From: Rotaria socialis
Lineage: Eukaryota
Assembly: GCA_905331295.1 (NCBI GenBank)
Contig: CAJNYD010000008.1
Span: forward strand, 1 to 64,000
DNA length: 64,000 nt
Reading direction: 5' to 3'
Shown: in pieces, positions 11,223-24,894 of the stretch
Numbering within the stretch: position 1 is the first letter of the stretch
How the letters are laid out: each line of letters opens with the position of its first letter
Translations under genes and position numbers: made by a program
The notes under the pieces: model-generated
Seen by the model: only the letters and a program-made list of their open reading frames with translations
Told to the model about the DNA's origin: nothing
Database searches by the model: none

Positions 11223-14200
11223 NTTCTGAAGGTAAGAAAATGAATATATAATATTAGATGCTTCTATTTATAGCGTATTCGAAGAGTCTAAATTAGGTAT
11301 TGGAAAGTTTTCCATCACTTTGACTATTTTTGAATATTTTCAAAAGAATTCGAATAAATGTATAGAAATATTAGCTTTTGTAATGTCGCCAATAGTCTAA
11401 TCATAGTATTTCCTTACGCGATACATTCACATTTCGGCCAATGAGTATACAGATGAAACTCGTATCAATGCACCGATGAAAATAATATGTTCGAACTTAT
11501 TGCTAAATCATCAGATAGATAAAAGTTTCTATACTAACACCTAAAGCTCGACTTATTTACTATTTATCCATGGTCTATTGACGATCCTCTATTCTGCACT
11601 GATTAAAACGGTCTACACGAGATTCGTCTGTGAAAGTCGCGATTATCAATTTAGTCCGATATTCACACCAAAATTATACCAAACATAAGACAAAATTACG
11701 TCTTTAAAAAAATGTTGCGTTGGTTTCAAATCACAGTAAATCTGAACGGTAGAAAAAAACAGGAAAACAAATATCCATTTTCAAGCGTATAGAGTTCGCG
11801 TAGAACGGAAATGGCTCATATTTACATAACTATTACGCATAGCACACACGTAACATGACATCCAACACTTTGGGGTCGATACAATTTTGACTTTTGCTCT
11901 ATAGAAAATCCGCTTTGATGTGAAATTTGTTTTTCGAGTTCTTTTATTTATAGCTTTGACTATGATAAGATAGTGATCATTGGTATATTTAATGACCATA
12001 TGTAGCTCACAAGAGGAAAAATAATTATGTTTAATAATGAAAGTATATTTTATATGTTGTATCTCTTTTGCCCTCGATATATTAAATGCACTATTAGGGT
12101 CATGTTACACTTTATTACTATGTTTTAAAATTTAGCATTCGTATGCAAAAGAGCTTCTTATAAAAGTTAAGGACATATTTTTCGAGACCTAGAAATTTAT
12201 ATTTATATCTTTTTCTTTTGAAAAAGGATGTAGTAAATTGAAGGTACTCAGAAATTACAAGCATAACGTTTGCATATTTAAAAAACGCATATTTTTCAAA
12301 AGAGTAGTGCTCTAAAAACCTAAAAAGTAAAATCATTTGTTGATGATGTAATTCAAACATTTCTATGAGTCATATGCTCTACGTTTGCCAAGAAATCAAT
12401 CTTTTTAGTTAATTTCAAACTTTTGGAAGTTTGTTTACTCTGAGTGCGTTCAAAGGATTCAAACTTTTTTGTTATAAAGAAACCTATCGATGAGATGTTA
12501 TTTAACAACATAAATTAAGACGACCATAATCTTATTAAGCTTCATTTAGTCTGGATAGTTTTTCTAATAAAAAAAAAAAACTATGCCCAATATAGAATAA
12601 TGATCAGTTACGGACATATATTGCAAAGGCGTGAAATTTGATGGTAACTCCCATGGAAAATATAGTTTAGCTATATAGTGTACATTTTGTTTTCTATAAA
12701 TTAATATTGATTGGACTCGGTCAATTTTATTGTAGCTGTTTACAAGCTGATAGATATACAAGCGATATAGAGTATATTTAGAAGAAGCAAACAAAGAATC
12801 TCGATGGCCACTTTGAAACAACATGAATCATCATCGTACCGAAGTGCAAAATTAGTTCATCTACAGATGAAGAAGAAACACAATAAAAATAAATAAATGT
12901 TAGCGTGTAACAATAGATTGTATTACGATAGAACATACACTATTCTCTTATGCTCCGATTCGGCCATGAAATTCTTTGTATGAGATTGATTTGTCACCAT
13001 TAGTATCGAAAAATTTAAAGAGATCGAAATCACTTGACTCGATTCTCGGTTTTAGCTGAGTAGAACGACCGAAACGTGGCCGACCGATAATCGCATAATA
13101 TTCGTGTACCTTAAATTAAAGATTTATTTTAAATGCGAATAGATAAATATTTATATTATACCAATTGTAAATAACGCTTAAGTTCTTCACGAGAATGAAA
13201 ACGTTCCGGGCGTTTAGGTGGGGCTGGAAATAAATAAATATTTATGCATATTAATTTATATCTTCACCAACTTACGTGGAACATCAGTGAAAGCCGAAAG
13301 AACTTGAGCAGTTTGTATAGCAAGGAAAATAAAAACAATCCATGATACATGTTTAGTGATTATGTCTTTGTGGTTTGGCATTATTTTATAATAAGATATA
13401 GAAACTTGTTTTGTTTTCTTTAAATAAGATAGCTGTAATTATTTGAATGATAAGATAGGATTATGCTTGCCTGTTGATCTTACGCGGACTAGAAAATAAA
13501 ATAAATGAGTATACATGAATAAAACTGATCTACTAACAATCTACATCTTAGTAAAGAGACACAAAGAGAGAGAGAGAGAGAGAAAGTAAAGAAAAAAGTA
13601 ATTAGTATCGTGTAATTTTTATGAAATGAGTTTTTTATGCATGCTTAATATTTCTCTTTTCTTTCGCATATAATTAATGACTATGCATGCCAAAATGAAT
13701 AATCTTTAATTCTACATTTAAAATGTTTATCACAGAAAAGAATTCTACTGATAAATATCTATATATATATATATATATATATATGTTATCTTTTATTTTA
13801 GTGTAATAAATGTATTGTCAGACAACGAATCGGCTACTTTCGTTATATGCTTTTCTTCTTTCTACTATTTGATGTTGTGTTTAGAAAAAGAATACCTTAA
13901 TGATTATGAACTTCTAAATAAGCTTTTCATATGGGAACGTTAGCCTGAATGTCTACATACTTATTACATCTTGGAAAGAATAGTGTATGTCTCTTGGCGA
14001 ATTTCTATAAATTAGAGAAAAAAATAACGAGAAGTCAAAACAACTGAAGAGCATCATTTGTCTACTATTTTCAATGATCTAGGGGCACAAGAATAGAGGA
14101 AAGAGGGCATTCGTTTTTTTTATTAAGTAACAGAGCCTATTGATGTTGATCTGCTCCAGATGATGTTTTTAATAATAAGACAAAACATATTAATTTAAGC

Positions 14201-16457
14201 GAATCAATAAATTTATGACATCGGAGAAGCTCCTAATCTTTGAAAGCAATCTGCCGAACTTAGAGTGCACTACTATTCTCAAAAATACCGTCTGTAACCG
14301 CTTGAGTGCCGACAAAGTAGAACATGCAAGATCATAAGTATAATTACCTGATACAGTGCAGTTAATATATGCGATGATAGTATGTGAATGTGAAAATCTC
14401 CTGTTTGCTATAGTTCTCTTATGTGCGAATGTTTCTTTGCTACATGCAATCGTAACTAATTAATATACTTTATTCTCTTGAATAGCATGACTTTACCTGT
14501 GAAGAAAGTCCTGCGTAGACATTTTTATTTATGGCTTATTTTCCAATGGGAAATTGAAAATCTAGGGACAGAATGATGCTACATCGATTCTAGTTAAACA
14601 AAAAATAAAATACGACTTTAGAGTAATTAGGAATCATTTATTAAATAAACAAACTTATCTACTAATGAGATCAAAATTTTAAAGGAAAAGATACTTTATC
14701 ATGAAATTCTATAATAGAGTTAACAAACATCTAATATATTCTTCATTATAATTGAGAGATTCAGACAATTAAAAAACACTAAATGCAGGCCACTTAATAT
14801 AAGATCGCAATTTGTTTTTCTCTCTCTGGAATCAATTAAAAATTTTATTTTCTAGTATCTATAGAAAAACATCTTCATTTCAAAACGAGGTGGGTGTATC
14901 AATTTTCGCTTATTCGTGTTTTTTAATATCACAATAATTGCTCTAGCTGATAAAGTTCGATACAAATAAACATAGAAGTTTTTGCGTATTTGCACTGATT
15001 AGATGAGAGTAGATATCCCGCAAGATATGTGAGCTGTTCGTGTTCCAGTAAATATTCATCGAAAACAATATATATTTTCATTCTATGTTTAGTATTTGGA
15101 GTAATCCATGTTCTTATTACTGATAGATGATCTCGTTTGACATAATGAAATAACGTAAGTATTAGAACTGAGCTTAAGAATCATTCTATGATGTGAAATT
15201 TTATATTTGTATTGAGGAAATAAAAATAATCTTCGAAAATCTATTTTATTAGAATACTTTATTTATTGCGCAATTTTAGTTGTATGTAGTGAAAAAATCT
15301 ATGATAAATTTTTCATATATTGCCATAACGTACACTCTATTCGAAATGAAACATGCAATCTTGCTTATTAGATTGTCGTATATTAGACACCTTTGAGTCA
15401 CTGTAAATAAACATCATTACCAAAGGCATGGCTATGAAACTACGAAGAAAATTATAATGAGTAATTTCCGTTTTTATTGTCCATAAAAAAGGTACATGTT
15501 ACCAATGAGATACTATTCTTTACAATCTATTAAGTAATTTTCCTGTTAGGTCCATCGCATTATAACTATCAACCATTCATAATTCTAAATAGTATTTCTA
15601 TGTCAAACAGCATTCACTTCAACGGGTTGTGTTGTATTCTTTGCTGAAGTAAGAGACATGAATCTTGTTATACTTTATAATAGTACGTGAAATGTTTCAT
15701 TAAGATTTCTCTAAATAATCGAAACGGGTACGATGTTCAAGTGTGTTCTAATTGTTCAAAAATATCTGCAACACTTGAACAGAATCGTAGAAATATATTC
15801 CGATGTCAGGAAACGATATCATAGTGTAAGAGTGTCTGAGCTATGGAAAATATATCGCTTAGCGATTATACTAAGTACTAGTCGTTGATACAAATCATAA
15901 CGTTAGTCGGTAGAAATTCTTATGACATGAAAAGAAGAAAAAAATCTTTTCTTTTATTTTTGTGAGTGGATTTGATCAAATCTTTTTTCAATTAGCCTAC
16001 GACAATAGTAGCGCGTGTCCGGAAAAGAATTTAACGATTTTATTAAGAAATCTATCAAAAAAAAAACGAGCTATACAATGGTAAACTAAATAACTATTTA
16101 ATGAATAATTAAAAATAAAGTTGAGTTCGGTTGACAATGTCTTATTCAATTTCTTCGTATTTTCTTAGTTATAGTCTTGAGGAACACCAAAAAACATTTA
16201 GTATAGATTCATTGACGACATGGAAGTCTGATTTCCTTAGCTTAGACTGTAGTGAACAAATAAAATGCAGCTAATCAGTTCTTATTTTCCCCGAGATTCT
16301 GACACTAATAAGTTTCAATTTCCAGAACGACCTAGATAAATTTTATCAGATCGCATAGACCTCTGCACAAGTCTATCATTATATAAAATTATTCATATTG
16401 CGGTTCATCAGTAACTAAAATAATAAGCATGGTCGTTTTATGGGGATACTAATATTT

Positions 16458-16528
16458 CCCATGTTATAAAAACCGGATGAAAATCGGCGGTTTACCACAA
16501 AAAAAGGATCCGGTATGCGCAACATGGG
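16458..16528. mobile_element. 71-bp MITE-like element with CCC...GGG ends and a 2-bp TSD (TT)
   Basis: TIRs CCCATGTT-n6-ACCGGAT / ATCCGGT-n6-AACATGGG; TT on both flanks. Confidence 0.6.
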
Positions 16529-16582
16529 TTATTTATATATATTTTTAAGTTGAATCAATCTTTTCATGCTTCCTATAACATG

Positions 16583-16749
16583 CCCAGGAGAATGATTTCG
16601 ATAGTGGAATCCTATCGGATTCGTGTCGGATATAATTATGGATTTCATTAAACCGACGAAATCCTATCGGTATATGGGCGCGGGGATCTACAATCAGAAC
16701 CCTAGCGTTGGAATCCGATCGGTTCCAGTGTCGAATCCAGTCACCTGGG
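16583..16749. mobile_element. 167-bp MITE with CCCAGG...CCTGGG ends and a 2-bp TSD (TG); CMC/EnSpm-like
   Basis: ~39-bp imperfect TIRs: CCCAGGAGAATGATTTCGATAGTGGAATCCTATCGGATT vs the reverse complement of the right end CCCAGGTGACTGGATTCGACACTGGAACCGATCGGATT. TG on both flanks. Confidence 0.75.
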
Positions 16750-18033
16750 TGTAGTTAGACACTAGCTGCGACATAAATAAGGATCATCATCAGTAATATA
16801 TTTTGGATAAGTCCACAATACGACAGGTGTGATTATCTTCATTTTAAGTACTGTTCGAATTTCTGATTAAGCAACATAATCCAATAAAATTATTCTTTCC
16901 GATCTGTCTGTTGATTTGTCTTGGTGCTAGGCAAAAAATAGATCACATAGCTCATCGATATGAACTAGATTCATGTTAAATGTAGTGAAGCGCGCGACCG
17001 TCCTATTAATCTTTTCGATCAGTGGATAACAATTTTGAGTTACATAGAACTATTCTCAGAGCAATTAAGAAGAATGGTGCGCTAAAAACACAAAATCAAT
17101 TTAAAATCCAGTTTTAGTAAATTATTATGTCAGGTTAATTGTCATTCTGTGTAGTTTCATTATTTTTTTTAATCATCAGATTAATATTTCTCGAACTTTG
17201 AGTGTTTTGCTTCAGGCGCTAGTAGAATGACATGACCTTTGTAAAAGGATATTTTTAAGAAAAAGATGGTTCAAATAGGCCAACATTCTATTATTTAAAT
17301 ACTATGCTGAGATTATTTTCTTTGCTTTTAAGAATAAGTATTGCAGTTCTCTATATAGAAAGTGTTAATTTTTGTTCTCGTTTTTCATTCATTTTCTGTA
17401 AATCAAAAATATTATTATGACTTTTGTTGCAAAACTTTGAAAATTTTGAGTTATCAGACGAAAAGAACATTTTCTTATTTATAGTATGTTTCTAGATAGA
17501 AAACTCTCGATAGTCTTTGATATTTTATGTCGATATTTATTCACATCCGAAATCTATGATTTTACTTTAGAAAACTAACCGATTCATGAAAATAAAGTTT
17601 TTTATGAAGAATTTACGAGTTCTTGTCGGATACAATTCCAACTCGACTATTATCATTGTAATTTATTATGACAGAAAAATTCAAAATGAAATCCCGAAGT
17701 CTACAGCTCAAATATTGCTTTTCGATGGTTTTTACTAAAAAACTTGATCGGGCGTGTAGAGAAGGTACTGCTGACAGTCTAGTCTGATAAAGAATTTTAT
17801 GGATATATCACGACTATGAAAAATTAGAATTATTGTAATACTGGAGAACAACTGATTTTTTTGGGACTACAAACGAATATAATAAACTTTCTAGTCGTAT
17901 TGAACATCGATACGTTGAATTGATTTTTCATTCAAGAATAACCTAAATGATATTTTTTCGTTCTTAAATAAACAATTTTTTTCAATTTGTTAATTTATAA
18001 AAATTTTAGTAAAAAAAGAACTAATTGTTGTAG

Positions 18034-18948
18034 ATGATCGGTTTAATAGCTGTTTCAGTTGGCTGCTGTTCATTATTGCTTATTCGATTATTATTTCGAA
18101 AACGTATTAGCATCAACGGAAAGACAGTTTTAATTACTGGTGCTTCATCAGGTCTCGGCGAAGCATTAGCAAGACATCTTTTCAATAAACAATGTCAATT
18201 AATTCTATTAGCAAGACGAATAGATCGTCTCGAAAATCTACGAAATGAACTTATTAACTTACATCCTTCCTATCCACAACCAAAACTCGTTCAAATAGAT
18301 TTATCTAATTATGAGCAATTTTCCTCATCAACATTAATGAATATACTTGAACACGAGCCAATCGACTGTTTAATTAATAATGCTGGTATCAGCCAACGTT
18401 CGTCCGCGCTCGATACCTCCATGGATGTTGTTAATGATATATTTCGTTTGAATTATATGTCGCTTGTCGCATTAACAAAATTAGTTCTAACAAAAATGAT
18501 TGAAAAAAAACAAAAAGGCTCATCAATTGTTAATATATCGAGTATGCAAGGTCTTATTGCTGTGCCAGATCGTAGTTCATATTCAGCATCGAAACATGCC
18601 GTACAAGCATTTAGTGATTCGTTAAGAATGGAACTGGGAGAACAATATCCAAAACAGAATATAAATGTTTGTGTAATTAGTCCATCGTATATTCGGACTG
18701 AACTTGGTCAACAGGCACTAAATCGACTGAACAATAAAGATGAGAAATTACCTGACGACAATAAATCATCGGCCTATGAACCTGATTATGTTGCTGAACG
18801 AATTGTTAACGCTATTGAATATAGAGAACACGATGTTATTATTGCACCGTTTCAACAATATTTAGCAATTTGGTTACGACGATTTTTACCATCGGTATTT
18901 TTTACAATTATGATCGCAAGAAATAAACGATTGAAAGCCAAAAAATAG
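18034..18948 (+). CDS. DHRS7B: Short-chain dehydrogenase/reductase, DHRS7B-like (intronless CDS)
   Basis: N-terminal membrane anchor, TGASSGLG cofactor motif, INNAG, SSMQG, catalytic YSASK, and C-terminal AIWLRRFLPSVFF. Confidence 0.85.
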   Translation: MIGLIAVSVGCCSLLLIRLLFRKRISINGKTVLITGASSGLGEALARHLFNKQCQLILLARRIDRLENLRNELINLHPSYPQPKLVQIDLSNYEQFSSSTLMNILEHEPIDCLINNAGISQRSSALDTSMDVVNDIFRLNYMSLVALTKLVLTKMIEKKQKGSSIVNISSMQGLIAVPDRSSYSASKHAVQAFSDSLRMELGEQYPKQNINVCVISPSYIRTELGQQALNRLNNKDEKLPDDNKSSAYEPDYVAERIVNAIEYREHDVIIAPFQQYLAIWLRRFLPSVFFTIMIARNKRLKAKK

Positions 18949-20130
18949 CATTGATGAACTTTTCTTATGATTATTCCAGCGTTTTTTTTCTGTTTGATTA
19001 GATTAAACATGATTCATTTAAAATAAAGAACAAGGTGCTCAGTTCATATCTAGTTAAAATCAATCACACAGTAGCGATTGTGTGCTAAAATTGATAAGGT
19101 ATCGTGTTTTTTTATTATTCTAATAGAACACACCAAGATTTGATTGTTCTTTTTTCTTTTCGTTTATGACAGTATGAAATGAAAAATCGCCATTTGTAAG
19201 TCACACGCACACACACAATTGGAATACGACGGAGTGAACATATTAAAGTAATTTTCGATACAATATATATATGATCTTGAGACGTATTTGTCAAGTAGTC
19301 ACTTTTTTTTCTCACGGAAGCATTGTATAACGTTTGAAGACATTCTATCCCGTTTAAATATTATTTTAGCTTTTAATGTGATTAGGATTACAATATATGC
19401 ATTAAATTTAATCTTGAATATCATCTGTTTTACTTAATGGTGGGAATATACTGTCAATTTTGTTGCTGATAGAACATAATTTATCACGATAATAGAATAA
19501 TTTTGATGCTACACGATAATCTCCGATGATTTCTTCCTATACATCTTTAAGTGTTTGTAATCGACCGTTAGAATAATAAATTTTCTAGACATTTAATCTC
19601 GACGAAAACTTACAAGAAAATATTCTTACAATAGAAACATTAAGCATATCTATCTTGAAAGTCATGATTTGAAATCTTACTGAGAAAAGTGATTCTCCGC
19701 GAGTTAATAAATCTTTCATAAGACGGACGTGTTGATCAATATTTTGAGATTCTAATGTAAATAGACGAAATGTGACGTCAATCGACTCAAAAGTATAGCG
19801 ACAGTTTAACTTTCTAAAAGAAAGGCAACGTATAATGGCAACATTTTTCATTTCATGTGTTTGTTGCCAAAGGCATTTTTCGTTTTAGAAAAAAAAATTC
19901 GGAGAATATTCGTTCGTTTAGTGAAACGAGAAAAACAAACGATCTATTTATTTTACAGGTTCTTCTAACTATTTATAGAATACTATCAAACTACGGAGAA
20001 AACAAAAACAGATACATGTACATATAAAATGAACTGTATGAATCGGAACTCTTTTTTTATCACAAAACTCAGGATTATGAAAACATTTACAATTCTCATT
20101 ATTTTTTTATCAAAAAAGAAAATAATTGAA

Positions 20131-22227
20131 TTACATTTCTACTAGATTTTGAGTTATTTGTGAACATAATCGTTGTAAATCTTGAGTTTTAGCATTCACT
20201 GTTTGATTGAAATCATTTGATTTTGATTCGAATAGATCGCAAAGACGCATTAACTGTTGGTGATTTCGATTTGGTGGAGAATGACGAAGTGTTCGATTTG
20301 AATAGGAATCTTTTGGAGTACGTCGCTGTAGTTCATTACGAAGATTTTGATTGTTGGTCTCAGTTTCCTGTAATAATAGAAAAAATTTAAACGAGTGCGA
20401 ATTAAAATGTTTAATATACAGCTAAACGATCTTGTAAAGAATTGGTTTGAGATATATAACGTTGAACTTGATTTTCAAGTTGAACAATTTTCTAGAGATG
20501 AGACAAAACTGTTCAATGGTAACGATAAATGAAATGTCATACTTGTTCTTGTTCTTTATTACGTCGATCGGCAGAATCGAGAAGATTTTTGAATTCGTGT
20601 GCTTCATTCACTTGTCCACCGCCCGGTGAATGACGACTAGAAACCTAAAATTTTAACTTTCCCTATAAGTTATTCTTACCACTGATTGATTCTTAATTAT
20701 TTAATTTCAAGGAACAAGAAAATATTCAATTGCCATATACAACATGAGAAAATCATGTTTTTTTTTGTATCGCATGAATACATATAACTTCAATCATTGT
20801 CTGAGTGCTTATTATGTATCCGTATCTTAAATAAGTACCCACTGTATTATTGAAGTTATATGTGCTCATGCGTACAAAAACACAGAACAGAGAAAAAATA
20901 TGATTTTCTCTTAATTTATATTAGAAGTAAAAAAACGAATCTCTTATTCTTTGAACTTTAGTTGTTATTTATGATCAATATGTTACGCCATCCAGTGAAG
21001 CCTTTCGTTGGATATTAATTAGCGGAAACAGTAACTTGATGCAAAAATGATTCTACGGTTAAACTATTCACACATATATAGAAGTAATCCGGACTTAGGA
21101 GGATTAATTGAACAACTCAAAAAATGATTCGATGTCTCGACTGGTACACGAAAGTTAATAACAAGCGGATTTAAATACGCTTCAGCTTTATGACACATGT
21201 TATAATGGCTGATAGATTATAGAGAAAATAAAATTCAAAGCAGAATTTTGTCAATGGTAATTATTCGATATTGAAATTCTTACCATTTGCCTCAGACGAG
21301 AACATTCATCACGATAAAACTGTAATTGTCGTTTCCATTCTTCGACATTGGCATGACTTTCGTGTAGTGCGGTTGTTAGTTTTGCATTATTATTACGTAG
21401 AAGATCTAATTCTTCTTGCCATTTTTTTGAATTCGTCGAACTAGAAAATAATTTCATATAGATTTACAATCAAAAACATGATTTACCTTTGTGCGAGAGC
21501 AAATTTCAGATGAGCATTTTCTTGTTTTAATTGTATGGTTGGATCTGTTCGATTCGATTGTATTGACCAATCGGATTCGGACTTATCAAAATGAAAAATC
21601 GTTTTAACGTTTTTTTGTTTTGTTTTTTGTTATTAATACAAAAGAGATTCTTACTCGAGCGGTTTGTCGAGCATCGACGCTACTACTTCGAAGTGCATTT
21701 CTTGCTGCTTCTTTTACTTCAATAAATTTATCCATGAACTAAAAATTTTGTTTTAAAAAAATTAAAAAAAACCCAAATCAAAGATTTCTTCAATCTACTC
21801 GTGTAAGATCATTTTCATGCGCAAAGCCTAAGCCGTAAACATGATTTGCTCGTGAATCAACCCATTGACAAAATTTTTGTGATGTCTTTGTAAAGCTCAT
21901 ACGAGAAGTAATAACCGTATTGATAAGTACTTTTGGACCATCGACAGATAAAATTCGATAAACATTTTTAACTGAATCGTGAAATATTTGCACATTGACT
22001 ATATAAAAAAATAGAGAAATCAAAAGCGGCCGACGGTAAAAATATTTTTTTCAATCGTTTTTCGGCCTTCATACCAGAACCAATCGATAACGGAATCCAA
22101 GATTTTCGTGTATCAGGATCAACTTGAAATATATGAGCTTTACATGTATATAAAGGTGATTGTTCACTAGAAGAATATTTAGATTATATTGATTAATCAA
22201 CAAGAAACATGTTGTTCTTTACTTCAT
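20131..22227 (-). CDS. HOMER: Homer scaffold protein (EVH1 + coiled coil), about 8 exons
   Basis: [71 protein letters not shown]...[24 protein letters not shown]. Stop at 20131-20133. Confidence 0.93.
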
Positions 22228-23044
22228 GTTCGTATCAAGATGCATATAGACGATTATCTGTAAGAGCGAGAGAAATATATATTGAACTTTTTATGGTATA
22301 ACGAAGAGAGAGAGAGAGAGAGAAAGAAAGATTATTGTAATGCAAGAGAAGAAAAAACCGTTCGAAGGTATAAAAGTATATAAGAGTAACTATTCTTTTG
22401 TAACGTATTCTATACAAAAATAAACAATGCTTCAAGCAAGAACAGAAAGAAAAGGCAAAGTGAGTGAGAGAGAGAGAGAGGAGGGACACAGAAATTTGAT
22501 CTCAAATAAACTGAACTATAGAATCATTCCGGGCTTTACTGCTTCGATAATATTTGGAGCTAACGAGATGAACAATATAATTAGTGACATCTTTCATAAA
22601 CGAGCCAAAGGCGAAAACCGCAAACAAGATAGAATATTTATTGTTATAGAATAATTCAAGATGGATTTATTCGAAAGAAGAAAAATGTTGTGGTTGTTAT
22701 AGTTCAAAAAACGAATCGATATTTTTCTGCGTCTGCCAGACATTTTGTTAGTCTTAGTGAAATACATCTCACAGTGCATTATGAAGTACGATATATATAT
22801 ATATATATATTTTTTATTTTTATATTGTTCTCAATAATCTATTTGTATTTCACACCATATCAGTATATCATATTTGTTTACAATGTGGCCATAGACGAAT
22901 CGATTTATATAATTAAACGTTTTTGATAGACTTGTCTTACGAAACGAAATCATTGCAGTCGAATTGAGCTTGTGTAATAAGTTAAAATAGTGATAAAAAA
23001 CTGATTATACAGTAGCATGAAAAATTCAAGATATTTGCTTTTAA

Positions 23045-23204
23045 GGTTATATAGAAGATCATGAGATTAGAAAAATTCATCTCAGACGCCTGACTTCCGA
23101 AAAGAATTTAACATATTCAAATCAATGAATTTCAAGTTTGAATATTTGCCGTGAAGAGGCGAAAGTCCTACTGAGAATTTAACACATAAACTATTCTTAT
23201 AACC
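23045..23204. mobile_element. Degenerate MITE with GGTTATA...TATAACC ends flanked by TTAA/TTGA
   Basis: Terminal inverted repeat with patchy inward extension (CTCAG..GACTT.CG); near-TTAA flanks. Confidence 0.4.
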
Positions 23205-24078
23205 TTGAATGAAATTTCCTCTATGGTTTCAGACAAAGTAATAAGCCTAGAAATTTTCGTCATTCAAGTATATCGACTCTGGTTTTATTTTTATTTATGT
23301 GCAAGACTAATGAAGTTTCTTATCAACACAAAACATTTTCTCGTCGCTCCGAATAATCAATGATTTACATGTGTAAGGTCACATCATCTTTTTCCCGATG
23401 AATAATTGCTAATCCACCGAAAATTTTATTTGGCCTTGTAATCGCTGTGTTTTTTTCAAAGAGAAAATTATTTTTTATGTTTTGCATGAAAAGTAAAGAA
23501 AGCGAGCACGTAGCACAACACCAGTTGTCGCTTCCATGAGAAAAAGAAACCACCATTTTCAATCGTTCGTTTTTACTCGTTCTTTTTATTGCTTCTGCCA
23601 ATAAAATATACATGGAACAGGACGCACAACATCACGCTCCCTGCAACTGTAATGAAGCACTTGACAAAACAAGACTATCGTTGATCAAATTATTCTCATT
23701 CAATTAGTTGACAGGTAGGATCTCGTTTTGCTATAAACAACTGTCGAGCAATTTGAAGTAGATAAGCCGCGAAAAATTTCATTTTCTGACTTGAAAGGTC
23801 AATTAGAAAAATTATCCTTGATAGCAAATATCATTTCATAAACTATTCGAAAAACAAACTCGTCATGAATTTAACCTACGCAGATTTCTGAGCTCCAAAA
23901 TTCTCTGCAACCGAAGAAAAAACGAATTTCCAATAAATCAAATTCCGGACGTAACAAGAAAGACATGTATCTAATAGCCACTATTATAATAATTGCATGT
24001 CAATAGAAAAAAAAGCATATGTGGCACCTATAAATTGATTTGAATGTTTAGATATATACAGTGGTACCAACGATATAA

Positions 24079-24894
24079 ATGGATAGTGGGTTGTATTTCT
24101 TATGTATTCTTGTTCTTTCTCTTTCAATCGGGCCATTATGTAACTGTCAAACCGGCCCATCTATAACTCAACCAAAATTGATATCTATTATTCCGATCAA
24201 TTCTACAGCTTTAACTGTAAATTGGGCATTCGCTGCTACATCGATTGATCAATCTGATCTCATAAGAATTTATATCGTCTTTTATGAATTTTTCTATTCT
24301 TATAATGCAACATACGCATCCAACAATTATACATTTACATCGGCAAATAAAACAATAACTAGTTTAACGAAAAATTTCGACTTAGTTAATGCTTATTATT
24401 ATGTTTGCTTTTCATCGAATTCAACAGTAACAAATGTTAGCGTATTTCTCTCGATTGTAAATATTTGCACTTTAACGCGAACATGTCTACGTTCAAATGC
24501 AGCATGCCCCGGGCCATCTTCCGTAACTGTTCTTGCGAGTAGTATTTCGTCGAATTCGTTTACTATTTCATATTTTTGGCCAATCGATTTACCTTATTCA
24601 TTGAATTCCATTAAGGCACAATTGATTAACAATGGTCAAATAGGCGCGAGTACAGGTTCTACGCAGAATACGACGTACACTATTCAATCCTACCAATTTA
24701 CTGGTCTACAACCGCTAACAACTTATACAGTTAATGCTAGTTTTAGTTATAGTATTCTTACAATGGCTGCACAAACAAATACAACAATTTTATCAGTGAC
24801 AACTTCGTATTCATCGAAACTATCGTATACCCGTGATCTGATATCGTTTTGCTTTCTTTTCTCGGTGATATTGTTCTATATAAAAACTTCATAA
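24079..24894 (+). CDS. Secreted or GPI-like protein with two fibronectin type III-like domains
   Basis: Signal peptide; INSTALTVNW and YQFTGLQPLTTYTVNAS FN3 motifs; many NxS/T sites; hydrophobic C-terminus. Confidence 0.7.
   Translation: MDSGLYFLCILVLSLSIGPLCNCQTGPSITQPKLISIIPINSTALTVNWAFAATSIDQSDLIRIYIVFYEFFYSYNATYASNNYTFTSANKTITSLTKNFDLVNAYYYVCFSSNSTVTNVSVFLSIVNICTLTRTCLRSNAACPGPSSVTVLASSISSNSFTISYFWPIDLPYSLNSIKAQLINNGQIGASTGSTQNTTYTIQSYQFTGLQPLTTYTVNASFSYSILTMAAQTNTTILSVTTSYSSKLSYTRDLISFCFLFSVILFYIKTS

Noticed and set aside
12564..12824. Possible endonuclease-like remnant ending TDHYSILG
   Set aside because: Only a weak DH motif; no other EEP or transposon motifs.
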